From Planctomycetota bacterium (GTDB lineage: Bacteria > Planctomycetota > UBA1135 > UBA2386), in assembly GCA_965223545.1 (NCBI GenBank), contig OZ245006.1, forward strand, positions 2,240,001 through 2,304,000: 64,000 nt of DNA, written 5' to 3'. A program made the position numbers and the translations under genes. Of the stretch, positions 25,616 to 35,320 are shown piece by piece. Below the pieces are notes generated by a model. That model did not search any database and was not told the DNA's origin. It saw only the letters and a program-made list of their open reading frames with translations. The stretch's first letter is position 1; each line of letters opens with the position of its first letter.

Positions 25616-28600
25616 TCAATCGCCGTCCACGATCGCCCGGTAGCCGGCGGCCTCGGCCTCGCTGACCAGCTCGGGCGCGCGCCCGTGCAGCTCCAGCAAC
25701 CACCGCGCCACCGCCTTGCGCGAGCCGCGCGCGCGCTTCGACGTCAGGTTCTCCACCGCGGCGCGCAGCCGCGGCGCCGCCTCGGCGTATTTCTGCTGCG
25801 ACAGCAGGCTGCGCCCGAGCATGCCGCTGGTCTGCCAGCGGTCTTCGGCCTCGGGGCGCACCGCCTCCCAGGCGGCGAGCGAGCGGCGAAACACCGTCTC
25901 CGCTCCGGCGAAGTCGCGCGCGCTCATCAAGCTGCCCGCCCAGCGGCCGAGCGCGCCGGCGACGTCGACGTGTTCCTCACCGAACAACGCCACCTTGATG
26001 CCGCACGCCTCCGCCTGAGCGGCGGCAGCCGCTTTGAAGTCGCGCTGCCGGCGGCGCACCTGCCCGAGCCCTTCCAACGCTTCTGCAACGGCGGAGTGCT
26101 GCTCGCCGAACACGGCGCGCGCCACCGCGGCGGAGCTCTCGAACTCGGCGCCGGCGCCATCTGCATCACCCTGCGCCAGCAACGCCAGGCCGAGCCGGAA
26201 GTGGCTGTAGACCAGATCGGAGTGGTGCGCACCGTAGAGCGCGCGCTGCCGCTCCTGCACGGCGCGCAGCATCGTCTCCGCCTCGGCGGCCTCACCGCGG
26301 TGCACCAGCACCCGGCCGAGCAGGCTGCGCACCTCGACCGCCGCCGGCGCATCCGACCCGCCGAGCTCGGTCTGGATCGCCAGCGCTTCCCGCAACAGCT
26401 CCTCGGCGCGCTCGGCGTGCCGCATCCAGATGGTGTCGGCCCAGTCGAACAGCACGATGCCCAAGCTGCGCGGGCGCGCGGCGCGGTGTGCCCGCGCCAC
26501 CGCCGCTGCCTCGGCGTGCATCGCATCGGCGCGCTCGACGTCGCCGGTCAGGCCGATCGCGTGCGCCAGGGCGTTGCGGTGCACGGCGGTGGCGGGGTGG
26601 TCGTCGCCATAGGTCCGCTGCGCGATCTCCCAGGCGCGCCGGCGCAGCGACTCGACGTCGCCGGTCTCACCGACGTAGGCCAACACCGCCGACAACTCGG
26701 TCAGGGTCGAGGCCACGGTGGTGTCGTCGAAGCCGCGCGTCTCGAACGACGCCAACGCACGCCGGAACGCCGCCTGCGCGTCGTCGAAGCGCGAGGCCGC
26801 CGCCGCCACCCGCCCGGCCATGTACCACGCCTTGCCGATCTCGGTGTGGTGGTCGGGGACGCGCTCGACGAGCAGCGCCAACGCCTCTTCGACGCACGCC
26901 TGCGCCTCTGCCAACCGCCCCTGATGGCGCAACAGATCGGCGAGCACCACCTGCTGCTCGCCGAGCACCGCCGGATCCACGTCGGCCAACCCACGCAAAG
27001 CGTCGCGCAGCTGCCGCTCGGCCCCGACGAAGTCGCCGCGGTCGTGCAGCAACCACGCCCACCGCGCCTCACTCAACGCCCGCCGCTCGGGATCCGCCGC
27101 CTCGCCCGCCGTCCACAGCTGCATCGACCGGCGCAAATGCGGCTCGGCGGCGTTGGTCATGCCGAGGTTCAGGTACGCCCAGCCGATGGTCGAGCGCAGC
27201 ACGGCTTCGACCGCAGGCTCGGCCTCGATCTGCTTGCCCAACCGCCGCTCGAAGTCGTCGAGTAGCTGGCGCACGGTGAAGTCGGGACCGTGGCGCTCGT
27301 GCGGATCCGAGGCGCCGAGCATCTGCTCGGTGAGCCGCAGCACCGCCGCGGTGCGCTCGGCCTCGGCGCGCGCGGTGGCAGCACTGTCCTCCGCCCGGCG
27401 GCGCAGATCGCGCTCGGCCGCCTCGGCGACGAGCGCGCGCTGCAGGGCCCAGGCGATGCCGACCACACCGGCGAGCAGCGCGACCAACACCAGAGCCGCG
27501 ACCGCCAGCGCCTGCCGGTGACGCGCGGCGAACTTGCGCAGGCGGTAGCCCGCGCCCGGCGGCCCGGCCTCGACCGCCTGGCCGTCGAGGTAACGCTGCA
27601 GATCGGCGGCGAGCGCGCTGGCCGTCGGGTAGCGCCGCGACCGGTCCTTGTCGATCGCACACATCACGATCCAGTCGAGGTCGCCGCGCATCACGCGCCC
27701 GAGCTGCGCCGGATCGGTGCGGCGCCGGCGGGCGACGGCCTGCAAATCCTCGCCCAGCGTGCTGATGCGCGTACTCGGCCTCGGCGGCTCTTCCTCGCTG
27801 ATCTGACGCAGCATCTCGACGTAGCCCGCCGCGGCCGACGGCTCGACCGAGAACGGCTTGGTGCCGGTCAAGAGTTCGTACAGGACCACGCCGAGGCTGT
27901 ACACGTCGACCCGCGTATCGATGTCGAGGCCACCGCTGCGCGCCTGCTCGGGCGCCATGTACTCCGGTGTGCCGATCAGCTGGCGCAGCTCGGTGAACAC
28001 CGTCTGCTGGGTCAGCTCCTGACTGGTCGCTTTGGCCACCCCAAAATCGATCACCACCGGCGTCGGCTCGCCGCCGTCGGCGCCGACCAGGATGTTGCTG
28101 GGCTTGAGATCGCGATGGATCACGCCCTTCTGGTGCGCGTGCTGCACCGCGAGACACACCGTGCGCAGCAGCTGCACGCGGGCGCGGAGCTCCAAGCCCT
28201 CGGCGTCGCAGAACTCGGTGATCGGCAGCCCCGAGACCAGCTCCATGACGAAGTAGGGGCGCCCGCGCGGCGTCGCCCCGCCATCGAGCACGGTGGCGAT
28301 GTTGGGGTGGTCCATCAGCGCCAGGGCCTGCCGCTCGGCTTCGAAGCGGGCCACCACCTGCTTGGTGTCCATGCCGCGCTTGATCACCTTGAGGGCGACG
28401 CGCCGCCGCACCGGCTCCGTTTGCTGCGCCCGCCAGACCTCGCCGAATCCCCCCTCACCGATCTTCTCGAGCAGCTTGTACCGATCGATCACCGCGCCGC
28501 GCTCCTCGCCGCCGGCAGCGTGGTCGACAGTTGGCGCCGCCAAGAACGCGCCGGCCTCGCGGTGCGCCACCAGCAGCGTCTCGACCTGAGCGCGGAGCGC

Positions 28601-28702
28601 GGCGTCGCCGGCGCACTCGCGGTCGAGATACGCGCCGCGCTCCTCGGTCGGCCGCTCCAAAGCGTGGTCGAACAGATCTTTGGCGCGGCGGGCGAGACTC
28701 AT
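25616..28702 (-). CDS. Hanks-type Ser/Thr kinase with TM segment and C-terminal TPR repeats
   Basis: IGEGGFGEV, VALKVIK, HRDLKPSN, DFGVAK, GTPEYMAPE; kinesin-light-chain-like TPRs. Confidence 0.93.
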   Translation of the reverse strand: MSLARRAKDLFDHALERPTEERGAYLDRECAGDAALRAQVETLLVAHREAGAFLAAPTVDHAAGGEERGAVIDRYKLLEKIGEGGFGEVWRAQQTEPVRRRVALKVIKRGMDTKQVVARFEAERQALALMDHPNIATVLDGGATPRGRPYFVMELVSGLPITEFCDAEGLELRARVQLLRTVCLAVQHAHQKGVIHRDLKPSNILVGADGGEPTPVVIDFGVAKATSQELTQQTVFTELRQLIGTPEYMAPEQARSGGLDIDTRVDVYSLGVVLYELLTGTKPFSVEPSAAAGYVEMLRQISEEEPPRPSTRISTLGEDLQAVARRRRTDPAQLGRVMRGDLDWIVMCAIDKDRSRRYPTASALAADLQRYLDGQAVEAGPPGAGYRLRKFAARHRQALAVAALVLVALLAGVVGIAWALQRALVAEAAERDLRRRAEDSAATARAEAERTAAVLRLTEQMLGASDPHERHGPDFTVRQLLDDFERRLGKQIEAEPAVEAVLRSTIGWAYLNLGMTNAAEPHLRRSMQLWTAGEAADPERRALSEARWAWLLHDRGDFVGAERQLRDALRGLADVDPAVLGEQQVVLADLLRHQGRLAEAQACVEEALALLVERVPDHHTEIGKAWYMAGRVAAAASRFDDAQAAFRRALASFETRGFDDTTVASTLTELSAVLAYVGETGDVESLRRRAWEIAQRTYGDDHPATAVHRNALAHAIGLTGDVERADAMHAEAAAVARAHRAARPRSLGIVLFDWADTIWMRHAERAEELLREALAIQTELGGSDAPAAVEVRSLLGRVLVHRGEAAEAETMLRAVQERQRALYGAHHSDLVYSHFRLGLALLAQGDADGAGAEFESSAAVARAVFGEQHSAVAEALEGLGQVRRRQRDFKAAAAAQAEACGIKVALFGEEHVDVAGALGRWAGSLMSARDFAGAETVFRRSLAAWEAVRPEAEDRWQTSGMLGRSLLSQQKYAEAAPRLRAAVENLTSKRARGSRKAVARWLLELHGRAPELVSEAEAAGYRAIVDGD

Positions 28703-28763
28703 CGCGGACCGCGAGAATACGGTCCCCGCGCACCCGGCGCACCCGGCGGCCGCGGGCCGCGAC

Positions 28764-30791
28764 TCAACGCCGGCTGCGACCGAACCCCGGCGCGCGCGGT
28801 CTGCCGCCGGGCCGCAAACCGCGCGCCTCCGGCCCGAGCAGAGGCCGCCAGCGCCGGTCGGGGTGCAGCACCTTCGCCAACTCCAAGTGTTGCGTAGCGA
28901 GCTCGCGCTGCGGAGGGTCGATCATCAAACACGCTTGTGCGTACACCCAGTGCAGCCAGAGATCGGCATCGTGCTCGTCGAGGGCGAACGCCAGCACCTC
29001 GCTGGCCCGGGCAGCCGCGCGCTCGCCAATCCACGCTTGCGCCAACAGGAGCGCGGTCTCGGCAGGCACCTTTGCGGCCTCTCCCGCCAGGAGCCGGTCG
29101 GTGAGGCGGCCAAGCCGATCGGCATCGTGGGCGGCCCACGCGGTGCGAATGTCGGCGCGGGTGGGGTCCGCGTCGATCGCACTCGCGACCGTTAGCAGGT
29201 GCGGGGCCACGTCGCCGCCGCGGCGGTGCTCTCGCGCGCGTCGGGCCCAGTCCTCGAGAGCCCGCGGCACGGCCGCCCCCAGCGCGTCACCGGCGACCGA
29301 CGCGGCGACCGTCGCAGGCGCGTTGCCCAGCACCGCGATGCCGTGCTCTTCGAACAGCCTCTGGTAAGCGTGCACCACCTTGGGGCTCGGGTCCGGGTCC
29401 GAACGCAGGCGCAGCACCTGCTCGGCGAAGTGTGCTCTCCGGCGGTGCGCGGTGACGTGCGCCCGCGTATCGCGCAGCGCTTGCTCCAGACCGAACGCCG
29501 ACGCGTCCGCGCCGGCCAGGCCCTCGGCGCGCTCGAGCACGGCCAAGGCACCGTCCGGGTCGCCGGCCGCCAACGCAGTCGCCTGCCGCATGCCATCGAC
29601 GACCGCGCGCCGCAGGTCGTCGCGCTCGGCAGTGCGAATCCACCACCCCGCGACGCCCGCCGTCAACGCCAACAGCACGATGCCGACCAGCAACACGGTC
29701 ACCCGCCGCGCGCGGCGCTCGGCGCCGGCCCGCGCCTCCGCAGCGGCGGCGGCGATGCGCGCCTCGCGGACATTCTGCTCGGCGCGCTCCAGAGTGTCGT
29801 GGACCGCGGCCCCGACCTCCGCCGCGGACGGCGGCCGCGCCGCCGGATCCGCGGCCAGACAGCGAAGTGCCAGCTGCACGACCGACGCCTCGGCGCCACA
29901 GCCCGACAGGCGCGTGCGCGCGTCGTCGAGCTGCGCGGTGCGGGCGGACTCGAGCGCGGCGTCCCCGCCATAAGGGGGCGCCCCGGTCAAGATCTCGCAC
30001 AGCATCGCCCCCAACGCGAACACGTCGGTGCGGGCGTCGACCGCCTCGTGATCGCCCGCCGCCTGCTCGGGAGCCATGTAGGCCGGCGTCCCGAACATCG
30101 AGCCGGCAAGCGAGACCGCGGCATCGACACCGGTGCGCACGGTCTCCACCGCACGGCCGGGCGAGCCCGCAGCCTCACCCACGACCTTGGCGAAGCCCCA
30201 GTCCATGACCTGCACCTCACCGAACGCGCCGACCATCACGTTGTGCGGCTTGAGGTCGCGGTGGACCACACTGCGCGCGTGCGCGTAGGCGACGGTATCG
30301 CAGACCGTGGCAAACACCCGCAGCCACCGCCCGCGCTGGTCCTCGACGTCGGACCGCTTCGCCAGCAGCGCGGACAAGGTCTCGCCCTCGACCAGCTTCA
30401 TCGCGAACCACGGCCGCCCGTCGGGATCCACGCCGAAGTCGTAGATCGGCACGACACCGGGATGCTGCAACTGACCGGCGATCTGCGCTTCTTCGACGAA
30501 GCGGCGCACGAGCTCACCATCGGTGGCCAGCTCGACGTGCAGACGCTTGACCGCGACGACCCGACCCAGGTCGAGGTCGCGCGCGCGCCATACCGAGCCG
30601 ACCCCACCCCGGGCGATCTCCTCGCCCAGCTCGAAGCGGCCGAGCCCGGACCGACCACGCAGATCGAGGTCGACTCTCGCGTCCGACGCGCCCCCGCACG
30701 TCGTGAACGCGGACTCCAACGCCCGGTCCCACGAGGCCTCGGGGATCGGCTCCTCGGCGGGGGGCAACTCGACGGGATCGGGCGCGGTCAT
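28764..30791 (-). CDS. Hanks-type Ser/Thr kinase with TM segment
   Basis: IARGGVGSV, VAVKRL, HRDLKPHN, DWGFAK, GTPAYMAPEQ. Confidence 0.92.
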   Translation of the reverse strand: MTAPDPVELPPAEEPIPEASWDRALESAFTTCGGASDARVDLDLRGRSGLGRFELGEEIARGGVGSVWRARDLDLGRVVAVKRLHVELATDGELVRRFVEEAQIAGQLQHPGVVPIYDFGVDPDGRPWFAMKLVEGETLSALLAKRSDVEDQRGRWLRVFATVCDTVAYAHARSVVHRDLKPHNVMVGAFGEVQVMDWGFAKVVGEAAGSPGRAVETVRTGVDAAVSLAGSMFGTPAYMAPEQAAGDHEAVDARTDVFALGAMLCEILTGAPPYGGDAALESARTAQLDDARTRLSGCGAEASVVQLALRCLAADPAARPPSAAEVGAAVHDTLERAEQNVREARIAAAAAEARAGAERRARRVTVLLVGIVLLALTAGVAGWWIRTAERDDLRRAVVDGMRQATALAAGDPDGALAVLERAEGLAGADASAFGLEQALRDTRAHVTAHRRRAHFAEQVLRLRSDPDPSPKVVHAYQRLFEEHGIAVLGNAPATVAASVAGDALGAAVPRALEDWARRAREHRRGGDVAPHLLTVASAIDADPTRADIRTAWAAHDADRLGRLTDRLLAGEAAKVPAETALLLAQAWIGERAAARASEVLAFALDEHDADLWLHWVYAQACLMIDPPQRELATQHLELAKVLHPDRRWRPLLGPEARGLRPGGRPRAPGFGRSRR

Positions 30792-30855
30792 GACAAACGG
30801 ACAACCAGAGTAGTGTCCCGCGCACGACGCGGTTTCGCGGCGAGAATCACTGCCC

Positions 30856-31524
30856 TCACAACAGGCCGAGCAGCATCCGGCATTCGCGGTCGACCGCTCC
30901 GGGCGGTCCGGTCAAGTGCTCGCCGACTTCGGCGCGCAGCGCCTGCTTGAACTCGTCGCGCGCCTTCGCGTACTCCCGGTGCACGTGCGCGGGGTCTTCG
31001 CCCCATGCCGCGGCGATCTCCCGGATCGGCAACCCCTCCTGAAACCGCTGCCGCAACAGCTCGACGCGGCGCTCTGCCCGCGCGCCCGACGCCGCGGCCT
31101 GGCGGCGCTGCCGCTCGACCGCGCGAGCGATCATCGCCCGGGCCCAATGCCGATCGAAGACGCGAGACACCGAGGTGTCCGCGCTCGAGACGCTGGAGTC
31201 GAGCGCGACGGCGCCGGCCTGCCGCGCGGCGCGCTCCTCGTGGCGCAGCGCGACGCGGTGCGCCACTCCGAACAGGAAGCTGCGGAAGTTCGCGCCGCGC
31301 TCGCGATCGACCTTCTGCAGGGCACCACCGGAGCGAAACAGGTCGAGAAACACCTCCTGCACGGCGTCCTCGACGCTGGCGGCGCGCGGGGACCCACGCC
31401 AGCGCGCGCCAAAGAAGGCGCGCACGACGTCGAGGTAGGCCTGCGCAAACCGACTGCCCGCGGCGCCATCACCGGCGGCGGCGCGGTCGATCAGGGACCA
31501 GCACGTGTCGAGCTCGCGTGTCAC
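30856..31524 (-). CDS. ECF sigma-70 factor (kinase-associated type)
   Basis: TCWSLIDRA, EDAVQEVFL, FRSFLFGVAHR, region 4 EGLPIREIAAAWG; directly upstream of two kinases. Confidence 0.85.
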   Translation of the reverse strand: MTRELDTCWSLIDRAAAGDGAAGSRFAQAYLDVVRAFFGARWRGSPRAASVEDAVQEVFLDLFRSGGALQKVDRERGANFRSFLFGVAHRVALRHEERAARQAGAVALDSSVSSADTSVSRVFDRHWARAMIARAVERQRRQAAASGARAERRVELLRQRFQEGLPIREIAAAWGEDPAHVHREYAKARDEFKQALRAEVGEHLTGPPGAVDRECRMLLGLL

Positions 31525-31723
31525 GGGAATTGACGAAGTCGCCCGAGCGGCAACCAGGTCCGCAGTATGCCCGTGCCCGCGGCGAGTTGCAGCCGCAGCG
31601 CCTCTCCGCCGGGCGCCGGCGGATTTTGCGCGCGAGAACCGGACGCCGCCGGGACCTCGTGCATTGCGCGGCAGCGCCGTTCGCACCGCCGCGTGCGTGA
31701 CCACTGCAAGACAGGGAGCTGCG

Positions 31724-33385
31724 ATGCACCATCCGTCCACCCGAAGCCTGATCGCGACCGTGCTGCTGCTCGGTTGCGGCACCACCATCACCGCGCAGGG
31801 CGGACCACCCCGTGGCCTGCCCCCGCTGCGGGTGCCAACGGCCAACCCGATCAGCACCGCCAAGATCAACCTCGGCAAGGCGTTGTTCTTCGAAGAGCAG
31901 CTGTCCGCGACGAAGACCGTGGCCTGTGCGACGTGCCATCTGCCGGAAGCCGGTGGCGGCGACCCGCGCACCGGCACCGCGCGCCATCCCGGCTTCGACG
32001 GCACCTTCGGCACGGCCGATGACGTGTTCGGCTCGCCGGGGGTGATCGCCAACCTCGCCAACGGCGAGTACACCCGACAGCAGCCGTTCGGGCTGCGCCC
32101 ACAGGTCACCGGCCGCAAGGCGCCACCGACCATCATGGCGGCGTTCAACCGCGAGCAGTTCTGGGACGGCCGCGCGACCCCGACCTTCACCGACCCGGTC
32201 AGCGGCGCCGCGCTGTTCGGTGCCGGCAGCTCGCTCGAACAACAGGCATCCGAGCCGCCGCTGTCGACCGTCGAGATGGCGCACGCCGGCGAGAACTGGA
32301 CGGCTCTGGCTGCCGAGATCGCGGGTGCGCGGCCGCTGGCGCTGGCCAGCAACCTACCGCCGGCGCTGGAGTCGTGGATCGGCAGCCGCGACTACCCCGC
32401 GCTGTTCTTCGAGGCGTTCGGCAGCACCGCGGTGACACCGGTCCGCATTCTGCAGGCCATCGCGACCTACCAGCGCACGCTGATCGCCGATGGCGCGCCG
32501 TTCGACGCGTTCCTCGCCGGCCAACCGGGCGCCCTGACTCCGCAGGAGCAGCGCGGACTGCAGGTCTTCCGCGGCGCGGCGCGCTGCGACACTTGCCACA
32601 GCGGCCCGCTGCTGACCAACCAGCAGTACTTCAACATCGGCGTGCGGCCGGCGTTCGAGGACCCCGGCCGCGGGGCGATCACCGGCGATCCCGCCGACCA
32701 GGGCGCGTTCAAGGTCCAGGGGCTGCGCAACATCGCGCTGCGCGCGCCCTATTTCCACAACGGCCGAATGCCGACACTGCAGGCTGTGGTCCGGTTCTAC
32801 CGGCGCGGCGGCGACTTCCAGCAGGGGCAGACCACGCTGATCCAGCCGTTCCGCATCAGCCCGCAGGAAGAGGCCGACCTGTTGGCGTTCTTGACCAACG
32901 CGCTGACCGATCCACGCGTCGCCGCCGGCCTACCGCCCTTCGACCGCCCCACGCTGTTCTCCGAATCGAGCCGCGCACCAACCGCCTACGGTTTCGGCGC
33001 CGCGGGCAGCAACGGCCGAGTGCCGGCGATGATCGCGCCGGAGCCGCCACTGCTGGGCAGCACGCGCTTCACCATGGCGATCGAAGGCGCAGCTCCGGGC
33101 AGCGCCGCGGTGCTACTGCTCGACCTGGCCCGCGGCAACGGCGCCCCGATCGCCGGCATCCCCGCCTGGGTGGCCGGCAGTCCGGCGTTGGGTGTGGCGC
33201 CCCTGGGTGCCCTCGCCGGCGGCGGCCCCGGCGGCGCGTGGATCTCGTGGAGCACCGCTCTGCCCACCGACCCGGCCCTCGCCACCCGTCAGCTGTTCAC
33301 GCAAGCGGCGATCCTCGACCCCGGCATGCCCGGCGGCCTCGCGAGCACGGCGGGTTTGGAGATTCGCTGGCTCGCGCCGCGGTAG
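31724..33385 (+). CDS. Di-heme cytochrome c peroxidase/MauG family protein with shared C-terminal domain
   Basis: LGKALFFE, CATCH, QFWDGRA, CDTCH, LRNIALRAPYFHNG; signal peptide. Confidence 0.9.
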   Translation: MHHPSTRSLIATVLLLGCGTTITAQGGPPRGLPPLRVPTANPISTAKINLGKALFFEEQLSATKTVACATCHLPEAGGGDPRTGTARHPGFDGTFGTADDVFGSPGVIANLANGEYTRQQPFGLRPQVTGRKAPPTIMAAFNREQFWDGRATPTFTDPVSGAALFGAGSSLEQQASEPPLSTVEMAHAGENWTALAAEIAGARPLALASNLPPALESWIGSRDYPALFFEAFGSTAVTPVRILQAIATYQRTLIADGAPFDAFLAGQPGALTPQEQRGLQVFRGAARCDTCHSGPLLTNQQYFNIGVRPAFEDPGRGAITGDPADQGAFKVQGLRNIALRAPYFHNGRMPTLQAVVRFYRRGGDFQQGQTTLIQPFRISPQEEADLLAFLTNALTDPRVAAGLPPFDRPTLFSESSRAPTAYGFGAAGSNGRVPAMIAPEPPLLGSTRFTMAIEGAAPGSAAVLLLDLARGNGAPIAGIPAWVAGSPALGVAPLGALAGGGPGGAWISWSTALPTDPALATRQLFTQAAILDPGMPGGLASTAGLEIRWLAPR

Positions 33386-33398
33386 CGACGCCGCCAAA

Positions 33399-33845
33399 TC
33401 AGCCCGCCGCAAGGTCCGCCAGCACGCGCGCCGGATGCTCCTTGGGCGCGACGTCGTCGTAGACGCGCAGCACGTTGCCGTCGGCGCCGACGACCACCGT
33501 GATCCGGTTGGGGTACGCCGCGTCCGGGCCGGCGGCAGCGCCGTACGCCACAGCCAAGCGATGGTCGACGTCGCACAGCAGCGCGAACGGAAACCGGTGC
33601 TTGTCGACGAACGCGCGGTTGTCCTCGACCGTGTCGAACGACGCGCCGAGGATCACGGCACCAGCTGCCTCGAATTCGCGGGCTCGATCACGGAACCCGC
33701 CGCCCTCGACCGTTCAACCGGGCGTGTCGGCCTTGGGATAGAACCACAAGACCAGCACCTTGCCGCGAAACTCCTCGAGGGTACGAACCGATCCCGTGTG
33801 GTCGGGCACCGAGAACGCCGGTGCCGGGTCTCCAGCTTGGAGCAT
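33399..33845 (-). CDS. bcp: BCP/PrxQ peroxiredoxin with selenocysteine (in-frame UGA at codon 44)
   Basis: MLQAGDPAPAF...WFYPKADTPG-TGA-TVEGGGFRD...ILGASFD...FPFALLCD...RITVVV in one frame; TGA (33714-33716) aligns with the peroxidatic Cys of TPGCT; GAGAGGA RBS. Confidence 0.88.
33670..33709 (-). promoter_or_regulatory. Putative bacterial SECIS element
   Basis: GCGGGUUC-CGUGAUC-GAGCCCGC 8-bp stem beginning after a 13-nt spacer downstream of UGA; G is the second loop base; extra lower UCGA/UCGA pairing possible. Confidence 0.7.
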
Positions 33846-33958
33846 GGTTCCTCTCTTGCGGCCGAACAGCAGCCAGCGCAACAGCTTCAGTGCTTCCACG
33901 GATGACCGATTCGACCAGCTCCGCGGCTCCGAGGCGAGGCCCGTCCGGACCTTCTCGC

Positions 33959-34405
33959 CTATCGCCGACCCGGGGCAAACACCACCAGCACGTGCAGGTC
34001 TTCCTCGATGTCGACGAACCGGTGCTCGATTCCCGCTTTGACGTAGAGCACGGTGCCCGGCTCGACCGCGATCCTCTCGCCGTCGACGAGAAAACCCGCC
34101 CGTCCCGCCTGCACGACGTAGATCTCGTCGCGGCGATGCGGACTCTGGCGATCTTCGGCACCCGCGGGCAAGACGTAGAGACCGGTGCTGAGGGCGGGCA
34201 CGTCGAGGAACGGCAGATAGGCGCGCTCGCTGGCGGCCCGCCGGCGCAGCAGGGCCTCCATGGAGAACGCCTTCCAGGCGGGGGGCTCGGCGGTGGCCGC
34301 GGTCTCCGCGGCGGTCGCGGTCTCCGGCGCGCGGCGGACGGGGTCCTGCTGCACGACCAGGACCCCGATCAGGCAAACGGCAACGATGAAGAGTTGGGGG
34401 TTCAT
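33959..34405 (-). CDS. Cupin-domain protein
   Basis: QSPHRRDEIYVVQAG...VEPGTVLYVKAGIEHRF. Confidence 0.85.
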   Translation of the reverse strand: MNPQLFIVAVCLIGVLVVQQDPVRRAPETATAAETAATAEPPAWKAFSMEALLRRRAASERAYLPFLDVPALSTGLYVLPAGAEDRQSPHRRDEIYVVQAGRAGFLVDGERIAVEPGTVLYVKAGIEHRFVDIEEDLHVLVVFAPGRR

Positions 34406-34458
34406 GCTGGAGTTCTCCGCGGTGAGTGGTCGATCCCGGGGATACGATCGCCGGCACG

Positions 34459-34653
34459 ATGCTGATGACCAAGCGCAAGAAAGCCATGCTCGTGGTGTGG
34501 TTGTCGACCCTGCCCGGCCTGGCGTTGCTCAGCAGCTGCGCCGGACCCGAGCGGGCGCCGCACCAGGCAATTCAAGGCGTCGACACCGACGACAACGAGG
34601 TCTACAACGCATACGACAGCGCGCCGACGAGCCGCGCTTCGACCACCAAGTAG
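34459..34653 (+). CDS. Small lipoprotein
   Basis: KRKK, hydrophobic core and LSSC lipobox; first gene of a lipoprotein run. Confidence 0.55.
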   Translation: MLMTKRKKAMLVVWLSTLPGLALLSSCAGPERAPHQAIQGVDTDDNEVYNAYDSAPTSRASTTK

Positions 34654-34708
34654 CCGCTCGACTTTGGCGATGGTGCGCCAGCCGGTCGGGCAAGCCAAGG
34701 GAGGACTC

Positions 34709-35305
34709 ATGCCATACCGCCATCTCGGTCTCGCCGCGTTGTTGTTGGCGATCTGCGCGTGCCAGCAGCCGCGCGCGCGCATCATGAGCGACAGCGACCA
34801 AGACCTGGTCGGTGATCGCAGCGCCGGGGCGCCGACCTACGACCGGCTGATCAGCGAGACGGTGACCAAGCTGCTCGGCGACGTCAGCGCGCAGCGCGCC
34901 GGCGACGACCGGCTGCGCATCGCCTGCCTGGAGGTCGAGAACCTGAGCGCCGAGGAGCTCGGCGACTGGCAAGAGCACCTGTACTCGCTGCTGACCACCA
35001 GCATCGCCCGCTCCGAGCGCTACGACCTGATCAGCCGGCGCGCGGTACAGGCCGCGCTGCGCGAGACCCGGGTGAGCGCCGACCAGCTGTTCCTGCCGCG
35101 CTATCGCAACCTGTTCGCCGAGGCATTGGGCAGTGCCGGCTCGCCGGTGGACGCCATGCTGTTCCCGTCGCTGACCAGCGGCACGACGCAGGGCACCGGT
35201 GACTCCTCGCAGCGCAACTACGACCTCGCGCTCGAGCTGGTCGACCTCGAGAGCGGCTACAGCCGCCGGGTCTCCGAGCGGGTGCGCAAGGAGTATCGCC
35301 GCTAA
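34709..35305 (+). CDS. LpoB-like / CsgG-HfaB-fold lipoprotein
   Basis: Lipobox ICAC; IACLEVENLSAE...YDLALELVDLESG; GGAGG RBS. Confidence 0.65.
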   Translation: MPYRHLGLAALLLAICACQQPRARIMSDSDQDLVGDRSAGAPTYDRLISETVTKLLGDVSAQRAGDDRLRIACLEVENLSAEELGDWQEHLYSLLTTSIARSERYDLISRRAVQAALRETRVSADQLFLPRYRNLFAEALGSAGSPVDAMLFPSLTSGTTQGTGDSSQRNYDLALELVDLESGYSRRVSERVRKEYRR

Positions 35306-35320
35306 AGGCGTGGACTGACG

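Noticed and set aside
33714..33716. Peroxiredoxin pseudogene with a premature stop
   Set aside because: The stop is TGA exactly at the catalytic Cys codon, the frame continues intact, and a SECIS-like hairpin follows. Sec recoding is the better explanation.
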